Notes under the pieces: generated by a model
Databases searched by the model: none
Told to the model about the DNA's origin: nothing
What the model saw: only the letters and a program-made list of their open reading frames with translations
Source of the DNA: Macrostomum lignano
Lineage: Eukaryota
Direction: 5' to 3'
NCBI GenBank assembly: GCA_002269645.1
Contig: NIVC01002133.1
Coordinates: 62,001-126,000, forward strand
DNA: 64,000 bases
Part shown: in pieces, positions 48,871 through 62,361 of the stretch
How positions within the stretch are numbered: position 1 is the first letter of the stretch
Layout of the letters: every line of letters starts with the position of its first letter
Position numbers and translations under genes: made by a program

Positions 48871-49754
48871 TGAGATCACTGAATTTCATAGAAAATCCCT
48901 TCTGATCAGGAAAATGGGTTTGATTTTTTAAATTTTAACCCTCATGAAAATTTTAATCTCCGATGAGCCATGAAGGTGAAAAAACCCCCCTGCTTAATCC
49001 TTTGTTTTATCCTCTCATGCACAGGGATCGCATGCGGGATTGGGGATGAGTGAGACCTGCTGGGATTCCGAGAACTCCATCCAAATCCCATTTATGACAA
49101 TGAGAAACAATAAACAATTTTTTTCAAGACCTCACAGCTGAGACGAAAATGTCATTTCCCTGTCAAACCAAGTGGCAAATTTCTGCACAAGGATAAATAT
49201 GGGCCCTGCATGCGCCTCGCTGTGATCAGAAACCGCAAACATCACCTCGGCAACCAACTCTGTTTACTCAAGCGGTTGAGCAGGACTCAGACAGATCCCC
49301 TTCGCGAGCCCTCATTCCCCTTTCCCGAAGAATCCCAAATTAAAAACAGTGCCCGTCTGGGTGGTCTGATCCCAATTTCTGCCACTTGCTCGGCAAACAT
49401 TGCGGCTGCCGTTGGTCATTCAACACATTTGGGGCCGAGTCGAAGTCTTTGTTTTGCGACAACTCTTTGTGTGTGCGGTCGACCTGCCGGGCGTCACGTG
49501 TGAGAAGTTAATGGCCTAAATAGGCTGCTCCGTTGGGTTGCTTAGCGGCAAGATTTGAACAAAGATTAGCGACTTAAAATGGTCGTTAATAACATGAGCA
49601 AAGAGATTTCACTCTGCCACTTGTTTGGATATTCACAGCTCAACAGCTGACAGATACTCCGCGGGCTGCAGTTGGCAACAGTGTTCTTGGGGACAAGTTT
49701 CCGACTGAGGATTAAAGTAACCAGGGGGGGGAGTACAGGAATTCCTAGGGCTGT

Positions 49755-50355
49755 CAGATCCCAGAATAGCACCGTCAGATCCCAGAATAGCACCGTCAGA
49801 TCCGAGAATAGCACCGTCAGATCAGAGAATGGCACCGTCAGATCAGAGAATGGCACCGTCAGATCAGAGAATGGCACCGTCAGATCCGAGAATGGCACCG
49901 TCAGATCCGAGAATGGCACCGTCAGATCAGAGAATGGCACCGTCAGATCCGAGAATGGCACCGTTAGATCCAAGAATGGCACCGTCAGATCCGAGAATGG
50001 CACCGTCAGATCCTAAAATGGCACCGTCAGATCCGAGAATGGCACCGTCAGATCCAAGAATGGCACCGTCAGATCCGAGAATGGCACCGTCAGATCCGAG
50101 AATGGCACCGTTAGATCCGAGAATGGCACCGTTAGATCCGAGAATGGCACCGTCAGATCCTAGAATGACACCATCAGATCCGAGAATGGCACAGTTAGAT
50201 CAGAGAATGGCACCCTCAGATGAGAGAATGACACCGTCAGATCCGAGAATGGCACCGTCAGATCCGAGAATGGCACAGTTAGATCAGAGAATGGCACCCT
50301 CAGATGAGAGAATGACACCGTCAGATCCGAGAATGGCACCGTCAGATCCGAGAAC
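49755..50355. repeat. 21-bp minisatellite (cagatccgagaatggcaccgt), ~28 copies
   Basis: Tandem copies without frameshifting indels; overlaps ORF 49829-50491. Confidence 0.95.
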
Positions 50356-51609
50356 ACCCGAATGTCAAGAAAGCGGCAGGAAGGACTGTCTGACAAATGC
50401 CCCAGAGACCATAAAAGGTATTAATTGTCATGCCGTTCGTGATGTACAAAGTAACAATTTTCTGATCGAGAATTCCTTCATGTCCGCCTGAACAGTATTG
50501 AAAATATGCGTCCAGATATTCAGAGAAAATCACGGACAGAGGAGACCCAGCATGCGCCATAGAAATCAGCCTAGGAACTCGCCACCCCGAGTCCATAGCA
50601 GTGATTGCTTCCAAGCACGGAAGAGGACAGGAGCAAAAGAAAGCAGAGATGTTGCGCACGCACTACAGCTCTGAGGTCATTATTCCCAACTCAGACGGAG
50701 GCGTGCTTACATATAATTATCAGAAGCCAGAACTCATCACTCTCTCTTAGTTTCCAGCGTAAATATTAACTCACCCGATGGGCTGTTTCCTAGAAAGAGT
50801 GCGTGGGGATGGGAGGCCCCCCTGCGGGAGGGAGGTGACGTTGGGCGAGAGTTAAATAGAAAGATTTGTGTTGAGCGAGCAAAAGGTTATTATAATAATG
50901 GCTTGACTGCGATTGAAGGTGAGTGGGGGCGGGCGGTAGATGAGGGGGGAGAGACTCGATCGAGAGGGGGGGGCGGAGTCGGTAAATGATGTTTAACTTG
51001 GCTGGCAACTAAGGTTTACAATATATTGGAGCACAATGGCGAGAGGGCGAGTTCGGTGTTGGGCCCATTGTGCTTGCGGCGCGTGACAATCACAGATGGG
51101 GGAAAGTCGGGCAGGCAGAAAACTTGCTTTGGCTCTTTATGCCTTGAGGAAAATTGGATAATTTTCGGAATTGCGGCCTATAGTTTTGCTTTTTTGTTGT
51201 TTCCATGATTTTCTCAGCAATTATGCACCGAAAGTTCAGCATTGCATTTTGATTTCTAACAAAAAATATCGTTTCATTCATTAATTGGGAGCGCAGATTA
51301 GGTGCGAATAGAATTAGCTAATTTATTGCTAACTGCCGGTCAAATGAAATATGGGAATTTGATAACGCTGAGTTTTTACTGCCGGTTTTTTCCGCCTTGC
51401 CAACCATTTTTGAGTCAGATTGCTCATCTGAGCCTTTTATTTCATATTGGGTTCGAGACTAAACAGGTTCAGTCAATTCCGAGTGTCTATCAGTTGTCTG
51501 TCAGTTGTCTGTCAGCTGTTTACCTGTCATTTTTAGCATATTGGATTGTCGATCTGTGTCTGACAGGTTCCTGACAGCTTTGAACATGCTTCTGTGAAGT
51601 CCTGTCCCC

Positions 51610-52812
51610 TTCGAATATCTTCCTGACAGCTCCTGACATCTCCGATCTTGTTCCTGACAGCTCCTGATATCTCCGATCTTGTTTCCTGACAGCTCCTGAC
51701 ATCTCCGATCTTGTTCCTGACAGCTCCTGACATCTCCGATCTTGTTCCTGACAGCTCCTGACATCTCCGATCTTGCTCCTGACAGCTCCTGACATCTCCG
51801 ATTCGGTTCCTGACAGCTCTTGACAGTTCCAGTCTGGTTCCTGACAGCCCTAATCTGGTTCCTGACAGCCCTGATCTGGTTCCTGACAGCCCTGATCTGG
51901 TTCCTGACAGCCCTGATCTGGTTCCTGACAGCCCTGATCTGGTTCCTGACAGCCCTGATCTGGTTCCTGACAGCCCTGATCTGGTTCCTGACAGCCCTGA
52001 TCTGGTTCCTGACAGCTCTGATCTGGTTCCTGACAGCTCTGATCTGGTTCCTGACAGCCCTGATCTGGTTCCTGACAGCCCTGATCTGGTTCCTGACAGC
52101 CCTGATCTGGTTCCTGACAGCCCTGATCTGGTCCCTGACAGCTCTGATCTGGTTCCTGACAGCACTGATCTGGTTCCTGACAGCTCTGATCTGGTTCCTG
52201 ACAGCCCTGATCTGGTTCCTGACAGCAGCTCTGATCTGGTTCCTGATCCTGACAGCTCTGATCTGGTTCCTGACAGCTCTGATCTGGTTCCTGACAGCCC
52301 TGATCTGGTTCCTGACAGCCCTGATCTGGTTCCTGACAGCCCTGATCTGGTCCCTGACAGCTCTGATCTGGTTCCTGACAGCCCTGATCTGGTTCCTGAC
52401 AGCAGCTCTGATCTGGTTCCTGATCCTGACAGCTCTGATCTGGTTCCTGATCCTGACAGCTCTGATCTGGTTCCTGACAGCTCTGATTTGGTTCCTCCTG
52501 ACAGCCCTGATCTGGTTCCTGACAGCCCTGATCTGGTTCCTGACAGCCCTGATCTGGTTCCTGACAGCTCTGATCTGGTTCCTGATCCTGACAGCTCTGA
52601 TCTGGTTCCTGACAGCTCTGATCTGGTTCCTGATCCTGACAGCTCTGATCTGGTTCCTGACAGCTCTGATTTGGTTCCTCCTGACACTCCTGATCTGGTT
52701 CCTGATAGCCCTGATCTGGTTTCTGACAGCTCTGATTTGGTTCCTGACAGCTCTGATCTGGTTCCTGACAGCTCTGATCTGGTTCCTGACAGCTCTGATT
52801 TGGTTCCTGACA
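51610..52812. repeat. Adjacent 31-bp (cctgacagctcctgacatctccgatcttgtt) and 21-bp (cctgacagccctgatctggtt) arrays
   Basis: 31-bp units at 51610-51815 and 21-bp units (+3/+6 variants) at 51820-52812. Confidence 0.95.
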
Positions 52813-53847
52813 TCTTTCGGACACTTTATGACCGTTAATAGTAGCTCTTAAAGCTCCTGACAATGTTCCAGAAAAGGTTGCTCCTTTCAATACCCACACT
52901 AACACGTATTCTTAGAAACCCATTTATTAGTTTATGAAGTTGAGAGTTGTGGCAGTCAAGCAATCAAGCAGTTCATTACGCAGAACTGTAGCGCAGCTGG
53001 CGCTGACTGCAACCAACTGTCTATGGCCCGAACCGCTCTCTCTAGGCTGGACTGAGGAGGGAGGAGGTCGAAGGTCGAGGGCGCTACGATGGCGCAATGT
53101 CCTCATCAGGGAAGGGGATCTAGTCAGCCAGCCAAGAGTGAAGACCGACCCCCCAGTCAGCCTGAGGGTCCCCGTTCCCAATTTTTAGTCGCCAAGGCGA
53201 AGGATGGGAGGCCTTTTTGGGCGGAGGTTCGAATGTTCGAATATCAGCTTGTTTGGCCTGTTATCATCGAATCTAGCCCCCCCCCCCACTAAGCCGGCCC
53301 CACAGGACAAAAAAATAACAGAATTCCTCAAGCGGGGGTGAGCATAGCAGGGGAGAGCAACCACTTGAAGAGGTGGCGGGCTGCGCACAAAGGCAAAAGA
53401 CTCGGCACACAAAACAGGCTTTTTTGTCAAGAGGCCGGATGATACGAGGGATGATGAGGGGGTCCTGATCTGCATCATTTAGCCGTTTCGCCTTCGGGGC
53501 AAATCCGCAAGAACGGACAGACGGAGATGATTGACGGGATATTATATAGGACTCGAGCCCGGGGCAACACATGGCGCCTCGTGCCCCTCGCTAGTCGAAT
53601 ATCGACATGCGCCTCCACAAGTATTTTTTTTCACCGCCACAACAGCCGGCTGTGTCTGAGAGACTTTTTGTACATTTCCCTATTGTTGAATTGGGATTTG
53701 TATGGATGCAACAGCTTGCCAATCAATTTTCAATGTAAGAGATGCTGTAACGATTATGATTTATCATTGATGCTTAAAAAGCAAAGGTTTTAAAAGTACT
53801 TCCTGTACTGTACGATTAAAAACGTTAGTTGTATCCTTTGTTAGTAA

Positions 53848-53918
53848 GCATCGGTGGTTCAGTGGTAGAATGCTCGCCTGCCACGCGGGCGGCCCGGGTT
53901 CGATTCCCGGCCGATGCA
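53848..53918 (+). tRNA. tRNA-Gly (GCC)
   Basis: GCATCGGTGGTTCAGTGGTAGAATGCTCGCCTGCCACGCGGGCGGCCCGGGTTCGATTCCCGGCCGATGCA: 71 nt, paired acceptor stem, GCC anticodon, intact A/B boxes, T7 Pol III terminator at 53921. Confidence 0.98.
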
Positions 53919-56579
53919 ACTTTTTTTATGCAGGAATTTCGATTAAACAGTTTTTTTTTTAATTTTATTAGTTAATTCGAAAACTCTCTAATCCAGAATC
54001 CAAAAACTATTGTTTTACAATGGCAGAATCGCTTGAATTTTCTTGATGTGTAGGCATAAATCATACATGATACATGATCGACGATAAACACGGTGCGGTG
54101 CGGGTGCGGTCTTGGTCTTGATCAAAACTCAAAAGGTATGCAATTTCAATTTGCATGATATAGAAATGAATTTAACTATATAAACTTTTTTGGATGGTTG
54201 GCTTTGCTTGCTAGCTGGCTACTGCTACTATCAATTTAGTATTAGATTTAGTTAACAACTGAAAGCAAAGCACTAGGTATTTGTATCTGTGATTTGTTAA
54301 AACTTGCGCAATATTCATTAAAATTACTAGAAATATCCTATGTTACATAGTATTTAATAGGTTGCACTGCAATCAATCAAAATAATTCGAAAATTATTCT
54401 TAAATAAGTGTTTTAACTGATTCTTCACTGAGACAAATAATTCATATTAGCCATCTTTATAAACTCGTCCTTTATTAATCCCCGACTGTTGATAATACGA
54501 AAAACGATATACACAACATATCGGACACAACAAAAACTGCACATTCAGCAATAACTAGATAAATCTTGATTTTCTCTCTTATTTTTAACAAGCTAAGTAT
54601 GAGCTGCCTGGCCTGCTGTTACACTTAAGCTCTACAGTTGTGGTTAGGGGCCATTAGCTGTGCTCCGCCGTCGGACCTCGGGTCTCCAATTACACGCCTC
54701 CGAAATTCACATTTTAATAAATACAAGCTATCAGGCCATGGCTTGTTGTCAGCCAACCCAGCTCAAATGCAGACACATGAGAGGCGGGCTGGCCAGGCAG
54801 AGGGGGGGTCGCCCTTGTCGCGTGGCGTCTCTTGACTCGACTGTCTCTGCTGGCCGGGGGTGGCCCGCTCTCACGCTGGGAGAGGCAGCTCCGCAGCCCA
54901 GTGCTCGGACACAGGCCAGACACGCCAACAGTGAAGGGCCGCCGCAAGCTCTGCGGAGATATTTAGTAAGAAATGCGACTTAGTTATTATTTGACGCCGG
55001 GGTCAAATTTCCCGCCGCTTGATCCCCCGTGCCGAATGGAGGGGTCGAGGGCGGTCTTGATTGAGCCCCGAGATTCAGCAGCCCCGCGCGCTCCGTGCCA
55101 GCGGGGGTTCCGCCCCGAACTCAACTCTCTGCATGCTCAGCAATATAGTCGCGATTTTGAGTGGGAGATGACGGTGAGAGTTAAAGAGAGAGGCGGAGTG
55201 GAGGGGCCGCCATTAATTAGCGCCCGTGGGGCTTCCGCGGTTGGCGGGGCCTCAGATTTTGTTACAGAGCCGAGCAGGAGCTCAACTCAGGCCAAAAGGT
55301 GCCCCCCGTACAATGGAGAGGGCCGGCCCTCCAGCCCAGCTGTTGTCCGAATCAGGCAGAAGCGGCCTCTCCTTCACTTGGCAACCCGGCATGGGGGAGG
55401 CACGACCCCCACAGGGGGGTTTCGGTAGAGCGAGTCGAGTAGGGGCCCTGAGCAGTGGCGAAGGCACAAAGCCATGGGAAGAGAAGACTGGGAATCAGTT
55501 TAATAGGCACGCGCGTCTCGCCCTCTCGCGCCCGGTCGCTTGGTCCAGTTTTTAGATAAATTTATCGGAGCATGTTCTAATGCGGCCTACTCACAATCAG
55601 TAGGAGAGTGCGCGCCTTTTCAATATTTATCATAGTTAAGATACTGCGCAGAATTATATAATAATTTGGCCAGCGTAGAAAGGAAGTTATTTTATGATTT
55701 TGCATATCGGCGAGTAATAAATTATGGAATTAATTTCGCATTTGTCGAAGCGTACAGGAAATGCCTCTGTGCCGAGCGCAGGCAAAAAACAAAAAAATCA
55801 TCCAACCGTTTTCCTTTTATTAAAATTTCAATATTAGAAATTCGGTACATTTTTATCACTTTATCGAGCACGGAAATTATTCACTTTTTCCGTCCCATTT
55901 TTTTCAGTCAGCCATCCAACTAACGGAGCAGACAACCTGCTGATAAACTTCAGGATCCAACCTGGTGATGCTTTCACTGCACTTCTCTGTTTCACCTCCT
56001 GGCAGTAGGAATTAGGCAGAGAAAACTTTTGTACGAAAATGCATTGCAAAGTACTTGTTGGCTTGCGCTGAGCGGCGCAATGGAAACACTGGAAAGTAGG
56101 GAAGAAGGGGAGAGGAGGAGGGGAAAGGATCAATACAAGAATAATGACTGTACAGCCCGTATAGCCGTGGGGATCGAAGTTGTGTTTGTGGAGGCAGCAA
56201 GTAGTACAGTTTAGGGGATCATGATTGCGGAGGGGAGAAATTTAGCGGAGATTTGGGGAGGTGCGCAGAACCAGATCCCAATTGCTGCACTAGACGGGAA
56301 TGGAAACGAAGAAGGTCGGCCGGCTGGTTGCTGGGGCGTGGGTGCAGAGCTTGGACAGGCCTTGCTTGGTGGCGAAAGTCTGACGAACTGCATGTATCCG
56401 CTGCAGATGCCCCAGAACCCGTCTTTTGTCTGTATTTCAGCGTACATTGCTGCGCTGCCCCATACTGGCATTTCAAAATAGTGACTGCGTGCCTCGGTGT
56501 GCTGCTGCGATAATATTTGTTCAGTGGGCGCAATAGTGAAGCGTCTACAGATGCTTCTGTGTTCATTTTGTTCATGCTA

Positions 56580-57350
56580 TCTGCATGTGTTCATGCTTTC
56601 TGTGTTCATGCTTTCTGTGTTCATGCTTTCTGTGTTTATGCTTTCTGTGTTCATGCTTTCTGTGTTCATGCTTTCTGTGTTCATGCTTTCTGTGTTCATG
56701 CTTTCTGTGTTCATGCTTTCTGTGTTCATGCTTTCTGTGTTTATGCTTTCTGTGTTCATGCTTTCTGTGTTCATGCTTTCTGTGTTCATGCTTTCTGTGT
56801 TCATGCTTTCTGTGTTCATGCTTTCTGTGTTCATGCTTTCTGTGTTCATGCTTTCTGTGTTCATGCTTTCTGTGTTCATGCTTTCTGTGTTCATGCTTTC
56901 TGTGTTTATGCTTTCTGTGTTTATGCTTTCTGTGTTCATGCTTTCTGTGTTCATGCTTTCTGTGTTCATGCTTTCTGTGTTCATGCTTTCTGTGTTCATG
57001 CTTTCTGTGTTCATGCTTTCTGTGTTCATGCTTTCTGTGTTCATGCTTTCTGTGTTCATGCTTTCTGTGTTCATGCTTTCTGTGTTCATGCTTTCTGTGT
57101 TTATGCTTTCTGTGTTCATGCTTTCTGTGTTCATGCTTTCTGTGTTCATGCTTTCTGTGTTCATGCTTTCTGTGTTCATGCTTTCTGTGTTCATGCTTTC
57201 TGTGTTCATGCTTTCTGTGTTTATGCTTTCTGTGTTCATGCTTTCTGTGTTCATGCTTTCTGTGTTCATGCTTTCTGTGTTCATGCTTTCTGTGTTCATG
57301 CTTTCTGTGTTCATGCTTTCTGTGTTCATGCTTTCTGTGTTCATGCTTTC
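56580..57350. repeat. 15-bp minisatellite (gtgttcatgctttct), ~51 copies
   Basis: Nearly perfect array with one recurring C>T variant. Confidence 0.98.
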
Positions 57351-57954
57351 TCTCTACATATATTCTCTATTGATGCTCTGGTAATTCTACCCCTTAGTGT
57401 GTAATTGATAGCCATGCATGCAAACAATAATTACGCAAAAATTCCCCCCTCCCCTCAAGAAATCAGACTACATATAAAAAGCAAATCTGACAGTGTCAGA
57501 GACCGCACGGCAGTGCCGCGAACTCCCTGCATGGCAACCAACACAGCCACTCACTCCATAGGCATTGCACTAAAAGTTCATCCCCCCCCCTAAGACTCGA
57601 CCCCGCATTCTTTATTCTGTATGCAGCTCAATGCTCAATGCTCAGTTTAGTGTGAGAAATCAGCTCAGCTTGGGTTAGTAGAAATGCACAGTACGCATGA
57701 CTTCGCAGCGGTCCAGTGCCGCAGCTGCACTTAATTACTGTAAGAGTATGCAGCTGCCATGCTGCTACCGACCTCTGTTGAGGGGACTGGCATGCTCCTG
57801 TCACTCATCTTCTGTCTGACAATAATGGCAGGCATTGCCAAAACATTTTTTAAAAAAGTTTTGCAGAATATAACTGTTAGGTTTAAGTCGCTTGCTATGG
57901 GACCATCTTATTTTGTCTTCTAATATCGCCCAAAATTCCCTCTACTCACTAGAC

Positions 57955-58562
57955 GGATAATCTCACCCTTCAGAGCATAGCTGGATAATCTCACCCTTCA
58001 GAGCATAGCTGGATAATCTCACCTTTCCTGATCTAGCTGGATAATCTCACCCTTCTTAATCTAGCTGGACAATCTTACCCTTCCTGATCTTGCTGGATAA
58101 TCTCACCCTTCCTGATCTAGCTGGATAATCTCACCCTTCAGAGCATAGCTGAATAATCTCACCCTTCAGAGCATAGCTGGATAATCTCACCCTTCTTAAT
58201 CTAGCTGGACAATCTTACCCTTCCTGATCTTGCTGGATAATCTCACCCTTCCTGATCTAGCTGGATAATCTCACCCTTCAGAGCATAGCTGAATAATCTC
58301 ACCCTTCAGAGCATAGCTGGATAATTCCACCCTTCCTAATCTAGCTGAATAATCTCATCCTTCCTAATCTAGCTGAATAATCTCATCCTTCCTAATCTAG
58401 CTGGATAATCTCACCCTTCAGAGCATAGCTGGATAATCTCACCCTTCATGATCTAGCTGGATAATCTCACCCTTCCTGATCTAGCTGGATAATCTCACCC
58501 TTCCTGATCTAGCTGGATAATCTCACCCTTCCTGATCCAGCTGGATAATCTCACCCTTCAGA
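57955..58562. repeat. 28-bp minisatellite (ctggataatctcacccttcctgatctag / ...cagagcatag)
   Basis: About 21 units of two interleaved variants. Confidence 0.94.
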
Positions 58563-59529
58563 ATTTGTGGGTGAGCACAAACAGTGGAGTTCACCTATGA
58601 GTCAGCAATAAAAGTTGTACTTCTAAATATTTTGCCTATCTTTCCAAAACTATCATTGCTTTTGCTATCTAAGCTCTCAAGCATAAGAGATTCACTTTTG
58701 GACAAAAATTGTCAACAAGCTGTTTTTTGCTTTTGTTAGATAAAGTTATATCAGCAAACCACTCAAGTCAGACCCACTTGACAGACACTATCACGTATAG
58801 TTTTCGCCAAAGAATACGTTTAGTTACAAGAATAAAAACATAAAATACCCTTAATGTAAGCAGTTGGGGCATCAGTTATCAATCAACTAGACATGGACAA
58901 AGTCATGACCGCAATGCAGAGAAATAGCTGTGTGTACCGAATCTAAAATGCAATTGCTTTACTTAGCAATGCGCGCCGAAGTACATCTGATGCTAAAAAA
59001 CTTTTAATTGGGGAAGCAGATATGACAGCGCAAGTTTCACGCATTCGAAGCAAGAGAAGTGTCAGCTGTACATGCAAATAAGTGGGTGCCATTGCCGAAA
59101 GCATTCTATGAGCACTTCTCAATCTGTGAAAGATCTTGGAAAGATCTGTGCTAAATTGGGCTAAAGGTTGGAATTATTCAGTTTTTGCTGACAGTTTTAG
59201 TCTGAAATAATACTAAAATAGAAAAAACGGTTTTCTTCCTATTCAGTTTGAAACTTCAGAGGATGGGAGCGTAGGAAAAATGACCAGTCTCGGTAATATT
59301 TAATGACGTCTGGTTAGGGTCACATTTTTACAGTTAATAAATTCACCTGAACCAATAAATACTGTAAAATGTAATGTAAATATAATGTAATATAATGTAA
59401 AATATGATTCCAAATACACTAATTTAATTAATAACATGCCCGTATTTACATCAAAATCAGCACTTTGATCGAGTGTCCTTTAAAAGGCAGGCACAAGGAG
59501 GCGCTGACAGCACAGACAATTCCAGTAGG

Positions 59530-60240
59530 TCAATGGTCGCTCTCCTCCTCCACCTTGTACAGAGCATTCTTGGCCCGCTTGGTCGCCTGTCTGGCCAGGA
59601 CCTCGTGGAAGCTTTGAGAAGGCTCTGTTGCATTGAGCGAGGAACTTGATGCAGAAAATCGGGACAAATGGCTCGTATCCCTGGCCGTAGGTCTGCTTCT
59701 ACCGGCTCTGGCTGGGTCGGCTGTAACTGGTCTGAGAACTGTTTGCTGAATCGGTCTTCCAGATGGCGTTTTCGGATTTCCGGAGACATCGCCAACACTG
59801 TAGCTTCGTTTTAGTCGATCCGCAGTTCTTAGAACTGCGGTGGCCGCAATGTTCATGCCTTGTTGTCCAACTTCAAATAGCACTTCGCATCCCTTGTTGG
59901 AAGCGGAAGCTATGTATCGTTCAATCTCGTTTTCGTGCTTCAACAGATTTGGATGAATTATGCGTCTGTACAGAAAACTGGAACCTCTTGTCATTGGGAG
60001 CACCATCCAAAGCACAAATAGGATCTTTGCTTCATTATAGAGCGGAAGCCAGCAAAGCAAAATGTCAGTTACAACTTCAACCGCTGTAAATGCTGCGAAT
60101 ACAATCCAATACATCATCCACTTAACCTGTTCGTATCCATCACGCTTATTAAGCGCTTTGTAAGACGAGAATGCAGGATAAAGTACTCCAAAAAGTATAA
60201 TGATGCAGCGATAAACAGTTGATGTCAGTATGTACAACAT
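59530..60240 (-). CDS. REEP: REEP1-4-type ER-shaping protein (236 aa, intronless)
   Basis: LFGVLYPAFSSYKA....VKWMMYWIVFA.FT..E...D..L.W.P.Y.E.KI.FV.W...P.TRGSS.LYR...HP.L..HE.EI, plus RLKRSYSVGD, which resembles the REEP1-4 RS.S motif. Confidence 0.95.
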   Translation of the reverse strand: MLYILTSTVYRCIIILFGVLYPAFSSYKALNKRDGYEQVKWMMYWIVFAAFTAVEVVTDILLCWLPLYNEAKILFVLWMVLPMTRGSSFLYRRIIHPNLLKHENEIERYIASASNKGCEVLFEVGQQGMNIAATAVLRTADRLKRSYSVGDVSGNPKTPSGRPIQQTVLRPVTADPARAGRSRPTARDTSHLSRFSASSSSLNATEPSQSFHEVLARQATKRAKNALYKVEEESDH

Positions 60241-60809
60241 TACATTAATTTCTTCAATGGAGATTGACCAGAAGAAAAACGATCTCCGTCTTCTGGAAAA
60301 TGTTTTTAATGCAAAGAAAAATTGTGGCTGAAATTTCCAAATTAAAAAGGTAGTTACTTTACCAACCGTAAAAATCCACAGAAAAAGCTCAAAAATGTAA
60401 AAACCCAAAAAATCTTAGCAAATTTACTAGAAAAGCATATTTTTTCGTCTAAAAAGGCTAAAAACGAATAATGCAGTGTTAAACTCATATTAAAATGAGT
60501 TTGAGTTAAACTCAAATTTAAATAATGCTTTCTTAGAAAGTTCACGATAATCTAATGGCCATCAGCATAAGTACTGCATAGCATACCTACGTAAATGCTC
60601 ATGGGTTATGGCATGCCAATCACGCACAGAATGAAGAAATTCGATCTAATTGAAACTGAGAGCAGGGATTAAGCCGTCCATCCTGCTGGGCGCTTGAATA
60701 TTTTACTTATATGTAATATGTATTTATTATATATTTAATTTTTAACTTTTACTATTATTGTTCCTGATGTGATATTCTGATATTTTCATTATGTCATTAT
60801 GACTTATGG

Positions 60810-61176
60810 CAGGGGCGTCGCCACTGGGGGGACAAGGGGACATGTCCGTCCCCCAGTATAAGCTATATGGGGGATGGCAATGCTTTGCCCCCCACCCCAC
60901 CTTCACCCTGTGAGGCTGTGACCCATTGTGGAAATCAATAATTTTGTTTCAGAACGCTAAAATATAGCACCTGCGGCACCAAAATGAGTGACTGCGGCGC
61001 TAAAATGAGTGTTTGCGGTGCCAAAATGAGTGCTTGCAGCGCCAAAATGAGTGTCTGCAGTGCCAAAATGAGTGCCTGCGACACTAAAATGAGCACTGAC
61101 AACTCCAGTTCTCAAAATAATGTACATGGAATAGATTTAGGAATTTTGTCCTGTACATAATACGAAGAATTCTTGA
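60810..61176. mobile_element. Dispersed non-autonomous element (copy 2, inverted) with six unexpanded 21-bp internal repeats
   Basis: Homologous to 15090-15680 on the opposite strand; begins caggggcgtcgccactgggggg. Confidence 0.7.
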
Positions 61177-62361
61177 TCCCCCTAACAAAAAACTATGACA
61201 AAGCCCCTGGTAAGTATATTATATTTATGATCCATTGTTTGTTATAAGTTATATAATTGTCTTAACTCTTAATTCTTGGTAAAACAAATAATTTTTGGAA
61301 CTTAAATACAGTGACTGATTTAAGGAGAAGGCACACAGGGTGTGCACCCCCTGTTGAGCTTGAATTTTTTATATAGAAAATGCATATTATTGTGTATGTA
61401 TACATGTGCATTATGTACATAAATATGTACCTGGCTTGATATTCAAAATATTAGGAAAACATTTTTGTTTTAGTGTTATTATATTTAAGGCAATTTTTAG
61501 TATTTCGATAGTAATAAAAACTATTACTAATGAAATATATATTAATAATATAATGTAAATGAAAAATAAAATTTATTTATCACAATATAGGTAAAGGAAT
61601 TTTTTGGGAGGCATACCTATCTATACAAAACCCTTTCTAAAATACTTTTTATAATTAATATATTTATGTTTAATATCAATTTTGAAATCTGGCAAAAAGA
61701 CCAAATTTTTTTGTTTGACTTAAGTCAAAAGTTCTATAGCCCCTTATGCCTTAGATCAGTAGACCCTTTTGACCTTCTAGATCTGCCATTTAGTAAAGTT
61801 CTACTCTGTCTCTCCAATTTTATGATATAGAAATCAATTAAATATCTGTTTTTTCATTTATAAGGGGTCATGACCTTCTATATTACCTTAGGAGAAGTGA
61901 GTTGACCCCTTGGACCTCTATCCTAGATCTACTCATTATACTATACACTATATACATTATATATACATGTGATAAATTATAAAATGAATGTGCTATAAAA
62001 TGTTATTAATTCTAATTTTGCTTTTGGTTACTGGTAAGAATCAAATCAATATGTAATTAAATATTTTTTGTAATAAATAACTTTTATGTAAAAAAAAATA
62101 ATTGATAAACTTCTTAGGTTTAGTTTGTTAGTTTTCGACTAACAGGGGGCTATGTGCATCTTGGTGCACTTCAAGTGACATTGTTATACAACTCGTAAGA
62201 GGCATTATTGCCCATTCCAATAACTCCCCTAAGCAGACACAAGTGTACTACAATGCGATGTATGTACTACGAGTTATCTAAGTAGGACTTCATCATTAAT
62301 ATTGATACACTGGGGTTCCCCCGCAGCTGCTCCACCCCAACGGGCGGCTGCCCCGCCCTGA

